Origin: an uncultured Gemmatimonadota bacterium
GTDB lineage: Bacteria > GCA-2686955
NCBI GenBank assembly: GCA_964490075.1
Contig: CAZBBK010000044.1
Span: 1-45,687 of the forward strand
Direction: 5' to 3'
Length of the DNA stretch: 45,687 nt
The notes beneath the pieces were generated by a model that saw nothing but the letters and a program-made list of their open reading frames with translations, was not told the DNA's origin and did no database searches. Below, piece after piece: positions 10,342-18,493 of this stretch; the first letter of the stretch is position 1, and the number at the start of each line of letters is the position of its first letter. Both the position numbers and the translations under genes were made by a program.

Positions 10342-11559
10342 CTAGAAGAAGGTGGACCAATCGCCGCACTCGGGGCAGCGCCAACGCGCCTCGGCGATCT
10401 CGACGCCGCACTCGCGGCAGCGCAAGCGATCGGCGCCCCCGCCCTCGACCAGCTCCAGCGCCGCCTCGATCGCCGCCGCCGAGTCGCCCGCATCGGCCAG
10501 AGCGCGCACGCGCCCCACCGCGAGCAGGCGCCGCGCCTGACCCGAGAAGTCGCCGGGGCCGCCGAGCACCGCCAGCGCCTCGGCGAAGTCTCCGCGGCGG
10601 CGGTAGTAACTGCTGAGCCAGACCCGCGCCCGGGCGTCGCCGGGGTGGCGGGCGATGTGCTCGTGGTAGAGCGCCGGCATCTCGTCGTAGCGGCCCGACT
10701 CGAAGAGCAGGCGCTCGAGCTTGTCGAAGGCGGCGAAACCACTGCGCTCCCCGCCGGCCTCCAGCGCCTGGCGCAGCAAGCGCTCGGCGCGCTTCGGGTC
10801 GCCCGACGCGCTGCACAGCTCGGCGCTCCAGATGAGCGCCGGAACGCAATCGCGGTCGAGCTTGAGCGCCCGCTTCAGATAATCCCGAGCGGTCTGGCGG
10901 TGGCGCTGCGCCGCGGCCGCGGCGGCCCTCGCCTCCTCCTTGATCTCGGGCTCGGCGGAGCTGTCGGGGCGCTCCGGAGCGCCGGCTTCTACCCGCAACG
11001 CCTGGTCGAGCCGGCGGCGCGCCAGGAAGGCCTGGTAGCGCGCCAGCTCCGCGGCGTCGTGGCGGCCTTCGGCGCGCTGCAGCGCGCGGGTCTCCTGGAA
11101 GGACTCGTCCCAGCGCTCCAGCGACTCGAGCAGCTCGATCCGGTAGCGCCGCGCGGCCGCGTCGCGGCGGTTCTGGGCCAGGATCCCGTCGACGATCTCG
11201 AAGGCCTCGTCGTGGCGTCCGGCGGCGCCCAGATCGCGCGCCAGATCGAGCCGGATCGCCTCTCGCTGCACTCGGCTCAGCGCGCGGCGGCTGAGCTGGT
11301 TGCGGTGGATCCGGTAGGCCCGGGTGTGGTCGCCGCGGCGGCGCAGCAGGCGCCCCAAGCGGATCGCCGCATCGAGGTTGCCCGGATCTTCTCGCACCGC
11401 GCGCGAGAAGAGAGTCAGCGCCGCCTCCTCCTCACCGCGCAGATGGGCCTCGACCGCGGCCAGGTAGGGCCCGGTGGCCGGATGCTCGGGAGGGGCGACC
11501 GGGCGCCGCGGGCGCAGTCCGGCGAGCGCCCGGTTCAGGATTCTCGGCGGGCGTCTCAT
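10342..11559 (-). CDS. lapB: lipopolysaccharide assembly protein B-like (TPRs + rubredoxin domain)
   Basis: LG.L.RRRGD..RA.RIH..L motif, TPRs, C-terminal CRECG...WRCPECG.W; directly after lapA with ATGA overlap. Confidence 0.85.
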   Translation of the reverse strand: MRRPPRILNRALAGLRPRRPVAPPEHPATGPYLAAVEAHLRGEEEAALTLFSRAVREDPGNLDAAIRLGRLLRRRGDHTRAYRIHRNQLSRRALSRVQREAIRLDLARDLGAAGRHDEAFEIVDGILAQNRRDAAARRYRIELLESLERWDESFQETRALQRAEGRHDAAELARYQAFLARRRLDQALRVEAGAPERPDSSAEPEIKEEARAAAAAAQRHRQTARDYLKRALKLDRDCVPALIWSAELCSASGDPKRAERLLRQALEAGGERSGFAAFDKLERLLFESGRYDEMPALYHEHIARHPGDARARVWLSSYYRRRGDFAEALAVLGGPGDFSGQARRLLAVGRVRALADAGDSAAAIEAALELVEGGGADRLRCRECGVEIAEARWRCPECGDWSTFF

Positions 11560-11852
11560 GACAGGCTCTGCACCGGCTCGGTGCGCAGATCGTCGATCTC
11601 GCGCTCCAGCTCGGCGATGCGGCGCGCCGCGCGCCCCAGCTCGCGCCTCAGCCGCAAGGCGCGGATCGACATCAGGACGATCGCTCCGAGGGCGCCGATC
11701 ATGAGCGCCGCGATCAGCAGCACGAAGACGTGATAGGGCCCGACTGCTCGGCCGAAAAAGCTGAGCTGCACCGTTTGCTCGAGGTTCTCGATGGCGACGT
11801 AGGCGAAGAGCAGCAGAGCCGCTCCCGCGGCCAGCACCCTGAGGATCAGCAC
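11556..11852 (-). CDS. lapA: LapA family (DUF1049) small membrane protein
   Basis: Two TM segments with 'EN.Q.V.L.FFG' loop and a C-terminal coiled coil; lies upstream of lapB. Confidence 0.82.
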   Translation of the reverse strand: MLILRVLAAGAALLLFAYVAIENLEQTVQLSFFGRAVGPYHVFVLLIAALMIGALGAIVLMSIRALRLRRELGRAARRIAELEREIDDLRTEPVQSLS

Positions 11853-13189
11853 GGGGCGACCTCCCTGGCGACGGAGCCGATCGGCTCGGCCCGCAGCGTA
11901 TGAGCATAGGCGTGGCGGATGCGCAGGTCGACGATGGAGCCGGCGCCGATCCCCGGGCCGCCCGCGAAGACCACCGGGCGGTTCTCCGGCGTGCGCCCAT
12001 AGAGCTCATCGAACCGCTTCTTCGACGGCCCCTCCACCAGCACCCGGGCGATCCGGTCGACCTGGGCCTGGTTGATCTCGCGGGTGATCGCCTCCTGGAT
12101 GTCGATCACCTCGCGCAGCCGGCGCTGGGCCACGTCGCTCGCGACCGGGTCCTCCATCTCGGCGGCGGCGGTCCCCGGGCGCGGCGAGTAGGCGAACATG
12201 AAGGCCGAATCGAAGCGAACGCGCCTCAGCAGCTCCAAAGTGTCGCGGTGATCCGCCTCGCTCTCCCCCGGAAAGCCGACGATGATGTCGGTCGACAGAC
12301 CGATGTCGGGGATCGCCGCGCGCAGGTCGGCCACGGCACGCAGGAAACGGCGCGGGGTGTAGCCGCGCTTCATCCGCTCCAGCACCGCGGCCGAGCCGGA
12401 TTGCAGCGGCAGGTGCAGGGCGGGACAGATCTCGGGTGTGTCGGCCAGGGCCCTCACCAGGTCGGACGTGACCCACAAGGGGTGCGGCGAAGTGAATCGC
12501 ACGCGCTCGATCCCCTCGGCCGCCGCCACCCGGCCCAGCAGATCGGCGAAGCGGGTCGCCTGCCAGCGATAGGCATTGACCTTCTGCCCCAGCAGGGTGA
12601 CCTCGCGCACCTCCTGCTCGGCCAGCACCCGTACCTCGTCCAGCACCGCCTCGGGGCGCCGCGAGCGTTCCGGCCCGCGGGTGCGCGGCACGATGCAGAA
12701 GGTGCAGCCCATGTCGCAGCCGCGCACCACCGACACGAAACCGGTCACCCCCGAGGGATCGAGGCGCGGCGCGCCCTCGTAGGTGACCTCGGAATCGGGC
12801 GTCACCTCGACCACGGCCCGGCCGCGTTCCGCAACCTCATCGAGCAGCTCGGGCAGCTCCGAGTAGCGATCGGTTCCGACCACCAGGTCGAGGAAGGGGG
12901 CGTGCTCCACCAACGCCTGGCCCTGCGCCTGGGCCACGCACCCCAGCAGTCCCAGCACCACGGATCCGCCGCGACGCTTCTTGGTCTCGCCGTGCAGCGA
13001 GCGCAGGCGGTTCAGCACCCGCTCTTCGGCCCCGCCGCGCACCGCACAGGTATTGAGCAGCACCACGTCGGCGGCCAGCGCGGCGCCGGCCGGCGAGTAG
13101 CCGGCACGCGCCAGGATCCCGCCCACGATATCGGAATCGAGGACGTTCATCTGACAGCCGTAAGTCTCTATGTGGTAGGTGCGTGCCAT
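11846..13189 (-). CDS. miaB: tRNA-i6A37 methylthiotransferase MiaB
   Basis: TYGCQMN..DS, NTCAVR, radical SAM GCDMGCTFCIVP, RFTSPHP, HLPLQSGS, C-terminal TRAM domain. Confidence 0.96.
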   Translation of the reverse strand: MARTYHIETYGCQMNVLDSDIVGGILARAGYSPAGAALAADVVLLNTCAVRGGAEERVLNRLRSLHGETKKRRGGSVVLGLLGCVAQAQGQALVEHAPFLDLVVGTDRYSELPELLDEVAERGRAVVEVTPDSEVTYEGAPRLDPSGVTGFVSVVRGCDMGCTFCIVPRTRGPERSRRPEAVLDEVRVLAEQEVREVTLLGQKVNAYRWQATRFADLLGRVAAAEGIERVRFTSPHPLWVTSDLVRALADTPEICPALHLPLQSGSAAVLERMKRGYTPRRFLRAVADLRAAIPDIGLSTDIIVGFPGESEADHRDTLELLRRVRFDSAFMFAYSPRPGTAAAEMEDPVASDVAQRRLREVIDIQEAITREINQAQVDRIARVLVEGPSKKRFDELYGRTPENRPVVFAGGPGIGAGSIVDLRIRHAYAHTLRAEPIGSVAREVAPC

Positions 13190-13235
13190 CGGCCCCGCGA
13201 ATCCGATGAGAAGAGGACATCCGCCTGGCAGGATG

Positions 13236-13335
13236 AGGATCGGCGATGAAACAACTCACGTGTTTGCATCCCATCTGCACCGCGTCTCCGGCACATCTGG
13301 GCGCAAACCCGGGGAGCTATTTCATCGCCGATCCT
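13236..13335. repeat. 100-bp palindromic element (MITE/RPE-like), short relative of the 23172-23357 element
   Basis: 16-bp perfect terminal IR AGGATCGGCGATGAAA / TTTCATCGCCGATCCT, extending to 22 bp with two mismatches that are G-U/G-T on the minus strand. Shares GCATCCCATCTGC and CACATCTGGGCGC with the reverse complement of the 23172-23357 element. Confidence 0.8.
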
Positions 13336-13422
13336 AAGGGCGAGGCGCGGGATCGGTCAATGCCGCGACCGGCACTGTGCGGCCGGCCGCGGCGTGTCTA
13401 CCGAGGGCAGATACCAGACTAC

Positions 13423-16224
13423 CTAGAGCGGCGGCTCCAAACCCCAGGCCAGCTCGCCCTGGAAGTAGACCGTGACCCGGTCCCACTCGGTGTAGCTGGT
13501 CATGGCAGGGTTGAACGAGTAGTCGTCGCTCTGGTCGTAGTCGCTCCAGTCGTTTTTGTTGAAGCGGCTTTGGATCTCGCCCGAATCGTCGAAGGGAGCG
13601 ATATTTCCGGCCCCTGCCGAGAAGCCGATCTCGAGGGCATAGTTGTCGCCTCCGAGCGAGATGAACTCCCCGGAGACGTTGGAGCTGCCGATCTCGGCCC
13701 AATCGCAGTGGAACTGCTGCGGAGCGGGATCCTCCACGGTGTAGTAGTAACGGATTTTCAGATCTTCCAGCGGATAAGCGTCGGATCCGTTGTTGTCGAT
13801 CTTGAAGTAGAAACGCAGCGAGCTGGAGATCGGGTTGGTCTGCATGCAGCGATAGCGCAGGGCGAGATCTCCGGCCGGACTGCGCACCGAGATCCCCACG
13901 CCTGGCGAAGTGGTGGTCTGGTCCTCGTTGTCGACCGCGGTCGCCGTTAGCACATGGCTGCCGCCGGCCGCGTCGGCCCAGACCAGCTCGTAGGGCGGAG
14001 CGAGGTCTTGCCCCAACCAGAGGCCATCGGCGTAGAAGTCGACGCGCTCCACCGTGCCGTCCAGGTCCGAGGCATCGACGGTAATCGTGATCGGATCTCC
14101 CTCGTTGAAGATGTCGCCTGGCTCCGGATCGGTGATCGCCACCTCCGGCGCGACATTGCCGCGCACTCTTCCGGCGTAGATGGAGAGCGGATCGGAAGCG
14201 GTGAGCTGCTCCGAGATGCCGCCCGAGTAGTGGACCCAGACGCCCACCTCGCCGCTGCGAACGGTGATCAGGTCATCGATCCCGTCGACGTTCAGATCTC
14301 CCGCCGCCACCTGCTGCGCGGGGTCGCCGAGCCGCGTCCAGCCGCCGGTCGCGAAATCGTGCACCCAGGTGCCGGCCGGATCGGCGCTGATCACCAGGTC
14401 GTCGCGACGGTCTCCATTCATGTCGCCGGCCGCCAGGTGGGCGAAGCCGGGACCGGCGATCAACCGTTGCCAGGTTCCGGTCGCGCTGTAGCGAATCCAG
14501 ATCTCGGAGCCGAAAGCACCGGCCACGTCGTCCAGCGAGTCGTCGTCGAAATCGCCGGCGTCGAGCATCGTCGCCGAGGTGTTGCGCAATTTGGTCAGCA
14601 CGCCGGTCACCGAATCGCGCGCGTAGACTCCGGTCGGCGCGCTGCCGATCAAATCGTCGCGACCGTCGCCGTTCAGGTCACCGGCACAGACCCAGAGCAC
14701 TCCCGGTGTGCTGATGATCGTCTCCCACTGGGCGGTCGAGGAGTAGCGCACCCGCACCTCGCCTGGGCCGCTCCAGTAGCCGACCACGTCGTCGAAACCG
14801 TCGCCGTCTACGTCGCCAGCGGCGATCTGTGTTGCCGGATCGGTTGTGAGTGTGCGCCAAGTCTCGGTCTCGGACGATCGCTGCAGCACGCCCTGGCCGG
14901 CGAAGCTGCCGACGAAGTCGTCGAGCGCGGGGGCGGCGCCGGCGGGATTCCACCAGTTGCCGGTGAGCACCAGCAGGCTAAGCAGGGCCAGAGAGTCCTC
15001 GTAGTAGTCCTGGTCGGAGTCACGCACCGCGTCATAGATCGCGTCGAGGTATGCCTGACCTGCCGGATCGGTCATCGCCCCGACACCAAGAGGAGCTACG
15101 AAGGCGGGGGTGAAGTAGTTGCTGCCGGGCAGAGCCGTGCCGTTCAGGTAATAGCCGGCGCGGATGGCGAGAGGATCGCCACCGGTCGCGCCGCGGTTCC
15201 AGGCGGCGATGCGGCGGGCGTTCTCCAGTGTCGCGGCGTCGCCCGAGAGGAGCGCGTGGGTGGCGATGCGCCACGGAGTCCGGCACGAGTTGTAAAAGTA
15301 GTCGCCGTCGTACTGGGACTCGAGGAAGAAGGGTGGCGCCGGCTCCAGGTCAGGAACCAGCGCCGTGCTCGGGACCAGGAAGTCGGGCAGCAGCCCGGTG
15401 CTCGGCGCGTGGTCGGTCTGCACCTGCTCCAGCACCGCACTGCAGTTGGCCAGCACCAGGTTCCAGGTGGTGTCGCCGGTGGCGCCGGCAAAGGCCGCGA
15501 AATGACCGAGCACCATGTCGGAGGGCCGCGGCGAGAGCTCGCTCCAGGGCGAGCCGCCGGGATCGACCCAGTCGCCCAGCATCGGCAGCCTGGAGGTCGG
15601 ACCGATGGTCGACTCCAACACACCCCCCAGGACCCAGGCGGCCTCGGTCGAGTAGTCGAAGCGGCCCTCGTCGCCCCACTGGGCGCTGGCCGCCACCAGG
15701 GCGTAGGCGATATCGACGTCGCCGTCGAAGGCAGAGTCGTTGCCGTAGGGATCGGGCGTCTCGTCGGCCGGAACGCTCCAGTCCATCAGTCGTCCGTCGA
15801 TCTCGCTGGGATGATCGAGGCGAAACTCGTAGAGGCCGTCGAAGACGGTCTGTGCGTCGGGGTCGTGACCGGCCATGTAGACGGCCAGCACCATGCCGTA
15901 ACCCTGCCCCTCCGATACGGTGATGTCGTTCGGGTTGCGGCTGATGGAGACGCGGTAGCGCGGGTGCTGGTCCGGCTCGACGCCGGCGTAGATCAGGTAG
16001 TGGGCTTTCCAGGCGTCGTAGAGGGCTCGCACGTCGTCGTCCTGCTGAGCTTGGCTGCGCAGGCTCGGACGCAACGTGCCCTGGGCGTAGGTCACGTGCT
16101 GCGGGAAGGGTAGGCGCGGTTCGGAAGAGGTACAGGAAGGCGCGGCATGCGCGGCGCCGGAGAGAGTGAAACATGTGAACATGGCCGCGACACTCTGGGC
16201 CGCGACGGTTGGCGAGCTCATCAT
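13423..16224 (-). CDS. secreted GH8 glycoside hydrolase with FG-GAP repeats, Ig-like domain and C-terminal CBM3
   Basis: Signal peptide ending AAHA; GH8 motifs TVSEGQGYGM and SAFDGDVDIAYAL; repeated AGD.DGDG.DD; Big-like 'PEVAITDP..DASDLDGTVERVDFY'; CBM3 'KIRYYYT..CDWA..GEIQSRFNK.DWS.YDQSDDYSF..WGLEP'. GGAG RBS. Confidence 0.9.
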   Translation of the reverse strand: MMSSPTVAAQSVAAMFTCFTLSGAAHAAPSCTSSEPRLPFPQHVTYAQGTLRPSLRSQAQQDDDVRALYDAWKAHYLIYAGVEPDQHPRYRVSISRNPNDITVSEGQGYGMVLAVYMAGHDPDAQTVFDGLYEFRLDHPSEIDGRLMDWSVPADETPDPYGNDSAFDGDVDIAYALVAASAQWGDEGRFDYSTEAAWVLGGVLESTIGPTSRLPMLGDWVDPGGSPWSELSPRPSDMVLGHFAAFAGATGDTTWNLVLANCSAVLEQVQTDHAPSTGLLPDFLVPSTALVPDLEPAPPFFLESQYDGDYFYNSCRTPWRIATHALLSGDAATLENARRIAAWNRGATGGDPLAIRAGYYLNGTALPGSNYFTPAFVAPLGVGAMTDPAGQAYLDAIYDAVRDSDQDYYEDSLALLSLLVLTGNWWNPAGAAPALDDFVGSFAGQGVLQRSSETETWRTLTTDPATQIAAGDVDGDGFDDVVGYWSGPGEVRVRYSSTAQWETIISTPGVLWVCAGDLNGDGRDDLIGSAPTGVYARDSVTGVLTKLRNTSATMLDAGDFDDDSLDDVAGAFGSEIWIRYSATGTWQRLIAGPGFAHLAAGDMNGDRRDDLVISADPAGTWVHDFATGGWTRLGDPAQQVAAGDLNVDGIDDLITVRSGEVGVWVHYSGGISEQLTASDPLSIYAGRVRGNVAPEVAITDPEPGDIFNEGDPITITVDASDLDGTVERVDFYADGLWLGQDLAPPYELVWADAAGGSHVLTATAVDNEDQTTTSPGVGISVRSPAGDLALRYRCMQTNPISSSLRFYFKIDNNGSDAYPLEDLKIRYYYTVEDPAPQQFHCDWAEIGSSNVSGEFISLGGDNYALEIGFSAGAGNIAPFDDSGEIQSRFNKNDWSDYDQSDDYSFNPAMTSYTEWDRVTVYFQGELAWGLEPPL

Positions 16225-16433
16225 GAGAACTGCTCCGGTTGCTGGGGAACTACGGCCTCCCAAGAGCCCCCCCCCTCGAACGGCGGATCGCCGCCTCTCA
16301 CGGCGTGGTGTTCGAGACAATCGGACTGACCGGCAGACATCGGGACTCATGGCTGCGCTTCGAGTGTAAGAGCGTTTGCCGCGCTTCGCTCGGGAATCTG
16401 GGTTGGACGCCGCTGCAGGGCGGCGAGGCGATC

Positions 16434-17330
16434 CTACCCGCCCCGGAGCCGCCGCCAGCTCGCTTGGATCTGTCGGCGAACCCCCTCCAGCGGCACCGGC
16501 GCCTTGCGGAAGCGCCCCTGCAGCGCGAAGTAGCGTTGGAGCGCCTCGGCCGAGAGCTCCGGCTCGACGTTGATCCGCGGCCGGTCGCCTGCGAACGACT
16601 CGTAGACCGGGTAGAGACCGGAGCGCACCGCCAGGCGAATCAGCTCGATTCCGTCGGCCGGCTCGGAGCGCCAGCCGGTGGGGCAGGGTGCCAGCAGGTG
16701 GACGAAACGAAAGCCCTGCATCGCCAGTGCCTGACGCAGCTTGCGATGCGCGTCGTCGGGGTGCGCCAGCGACACCGTTGCCGCGTAGGGGATGCGATGC
16801 GCCATCATGATCGCCATCATGTCCTTCTTGGCGACATCTTTGCCATGCGGCGTGGTGGTGGTGGCGGCTCCGAAGGGTGTGGCGGAGGAGCGCTGGCCGC
16901 CGGTGTTGCCGTAGATCTCGTTGTCGTAGCAGAAGTAGAGCAGATCTTCGTTGCGCTCGGCGGCCGCCGAAACTGTCGCCATGCCGATGTCGTAGGTGCC
17001 GCCGTCGCCGGCGATGCAGATCACGCGGGTCTTCTCGCGATTGAGTCGGGCGGCATGGGCCAGACCGGTACCGACCGCGGCGGTGGCGGCAAAGGTGGAA
17101 CCGACCACCGGGGCGCCGTAGCCGGAAAAGGGGAAGGGACCAGGGGCGACGAAGGCGCAGCAGGCCGGGATCGCCATCTGCACCGGAGTGTCGGCGATGG
17201 CGCGGCTCAGGAACTGCAGGGCGACCGACATACCGCAGCCGCCGCAATTGGTGTTGCCGGCGCGCAGCAGAGGCTCGGCGCGGTCGGATGCGGTCTGGGC
17301 CATGCCGTCCAGGAGCGGTTCGGGCATCAT
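16434..17330 (-). CDS. porB: 2-oxoacid:acceptor oxidoreductase beta (TPP-binding) subunit
   Basis: CGGCG, TPP motif GDGGTYDIG...YDNEIYGNTGGQRS, APCPTGW; ATGA overlap with the alpha gene. Confidence 0.9.
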   Translation of the reverse strand: MMPEPLLDGMAQTASDRAEPLLRAGNTNCGGCGMSVALQFLSRAIADTPVQMAIPACCAFVAPGPFPFSGYGAPVVGSTFAATAAVGTGLAHAARLNREKTRVICIAGDGGTYDIGMATVSAAAERNEDLLYFCYDNEIYGNTGGQRSSATPFGAATTTTPHGKDVAKKDMMAIMMAHRIPYAATVSLAHPDDAHRKLRQALAMQGFRFVHLLAPCPTGWRSEPADGIELIRLAVRSGLYPVYESFAGDRPRINVEPELSAEALQRYFALQGRFRKAPVPLEGVRRQIQASWRRLRGG

Positions 17331-18493
17331 CCCACCTCCACGATCTCGCAGCCGCCGGACTGGTCGCGGGAGCGAATGTCGTCGATCAGGGACTCGATGT
17401 GCTCGGGGCGAATGTCGCCACCGCCGAGGCCCAGGATGTAGCCCTGCACGACACTTCTGTGCGGCGCCAGTGCGCGCAGCTCGCCCCAGAGCACGCCGCC
17501 GAAGCCGAGGCTGATGTCGCGATCGAGCAGCGCGACCCGCGCGCAGCCGGCCAGCGCGGCGCGGATCGCTTCCTCCGGCAGCGGGCGAAACATGCGCAGA
17601 CGCAGCGCCCCCGCCCGCACGCCGCGCTCGCGCGCCCGGTCGACGGCCTGGCGCACCGTGGCGGCGGTGGTGCCGATCGAGACCAGGGCGATCTCGGCGT
17701 CGTCCATGGAATAGGGCACGATCGGGTCGGCGGGGCGGCGGCCGATCGTCTCGGCCATCCGGTCCTGGATCTCCGGGTAGATCTCCAGCACCCGGGCCAT
17801 CGCCTCGGCGTGCTGCTTGCGATGCACCTCGGTCTCGTGCGGGGCGTCGAGGCCGCCGACGGTGCGCGGCCGGTCGGCGATGCGGTGCGGCAGGTCGAGG
17901 GGCGGCAGGAAGGCGTCGACTTGTGCTTGCTCGGGCAGCTCGATCTCCATCACCGTGTGGGAGAGCACGAAGGCATCCTGGCAGACCATCGCCGGCAGCA
18001 GCACCCGCGGGTCTTCGGCGAGGCGGAAAGCAAGCAGCAGAGTATCGGCCACCTCCTGGTTGTCTTCGCAGTAGAGCTGGATCCAGCCGGCGTCGCGCAA
18101 GAGCAGCGAGTCGCCGTGGTCGGCCCAGATGTTCCAGGGCGGGCCGATGGTGCGGTTGACCACCATCATCACGATCGGCAACCGCGAGTAGGCGGCGGCG
18201 ATGCAGTTCTCGACCATGTAGGCGAGCCCGTTCGACGAGGTGGCGGTGAAGCTGCGCGCTCCGGCCGACGCCAGGCCGATGCACACCCCCATGGCGCTGT
18301 GCTCGCTCTCGACGTGCACCAGGTGGCCCTTTTCGATCTGCTGCGCGCAGAGCACCTCGATCGACTCGCTCTGCGGGGTGATCGGATAGACACCACCGCC
18401 GAAGCCGCGTCCCGTGCGATTGGCGCGACCGGCCAGCGCCACCGCCAGCGCGGCGCCGTGGTTGGCTGTAACCAGCATTCGTCGCTCACTCAC
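17327..18493 (-). CDS. porA: 2-oxoacid:acceptor oxidoreductase alpha subunit
   Basis: YPITPQS, VESEHSAM, TATSSNGL, D.F.LSHT, LR.FRPLP, LGLGG.DI; GTG start overlaps the upstream stop (alternative ATG 18478). Confidence 0.9.
   Translation of the reverse strand: MSERRMLVTANHGAALAVALAGRANRTGRGFGGGVYPITPQSESIEVLCAQQIEKGHLVHVESEHSAMGVCIGLASAGARSFTATSSNGLAYMVENCIAAAYSRLPIVMMVVNRTIGPPWNIWADHGDSLLLRDAGWIQLYCEDNQEVADTLLLAFRLAEDPRVLLPAMVCQDAFVLSHTVMEIELPEQAQVDAFLPPLDLPHRIADRPRTVGGLDAPHETEVHRKQHAEAMARVLEIYPEIQDRMAETIGRRPADPIVPYSMDDAEIALVSIGTTAATVRQAVDRARERGVRAGALRLRMFRPLPEEAIRAALAGCARVALLDRDISLGFGGVLWGELRALAPHRSVVQGYILGLGGGDIRPEHIESLIDDIRSRDQSGGCEIVEVG

Noticed and set aside
16330-16385. c-di-GMP-I riboswitch upstream of the GH8 gene (GGCAAAC on the minus strand)
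   Set aside because: The GAAA tetraloop stem and GACGCAAA segment expected downstream are not present.
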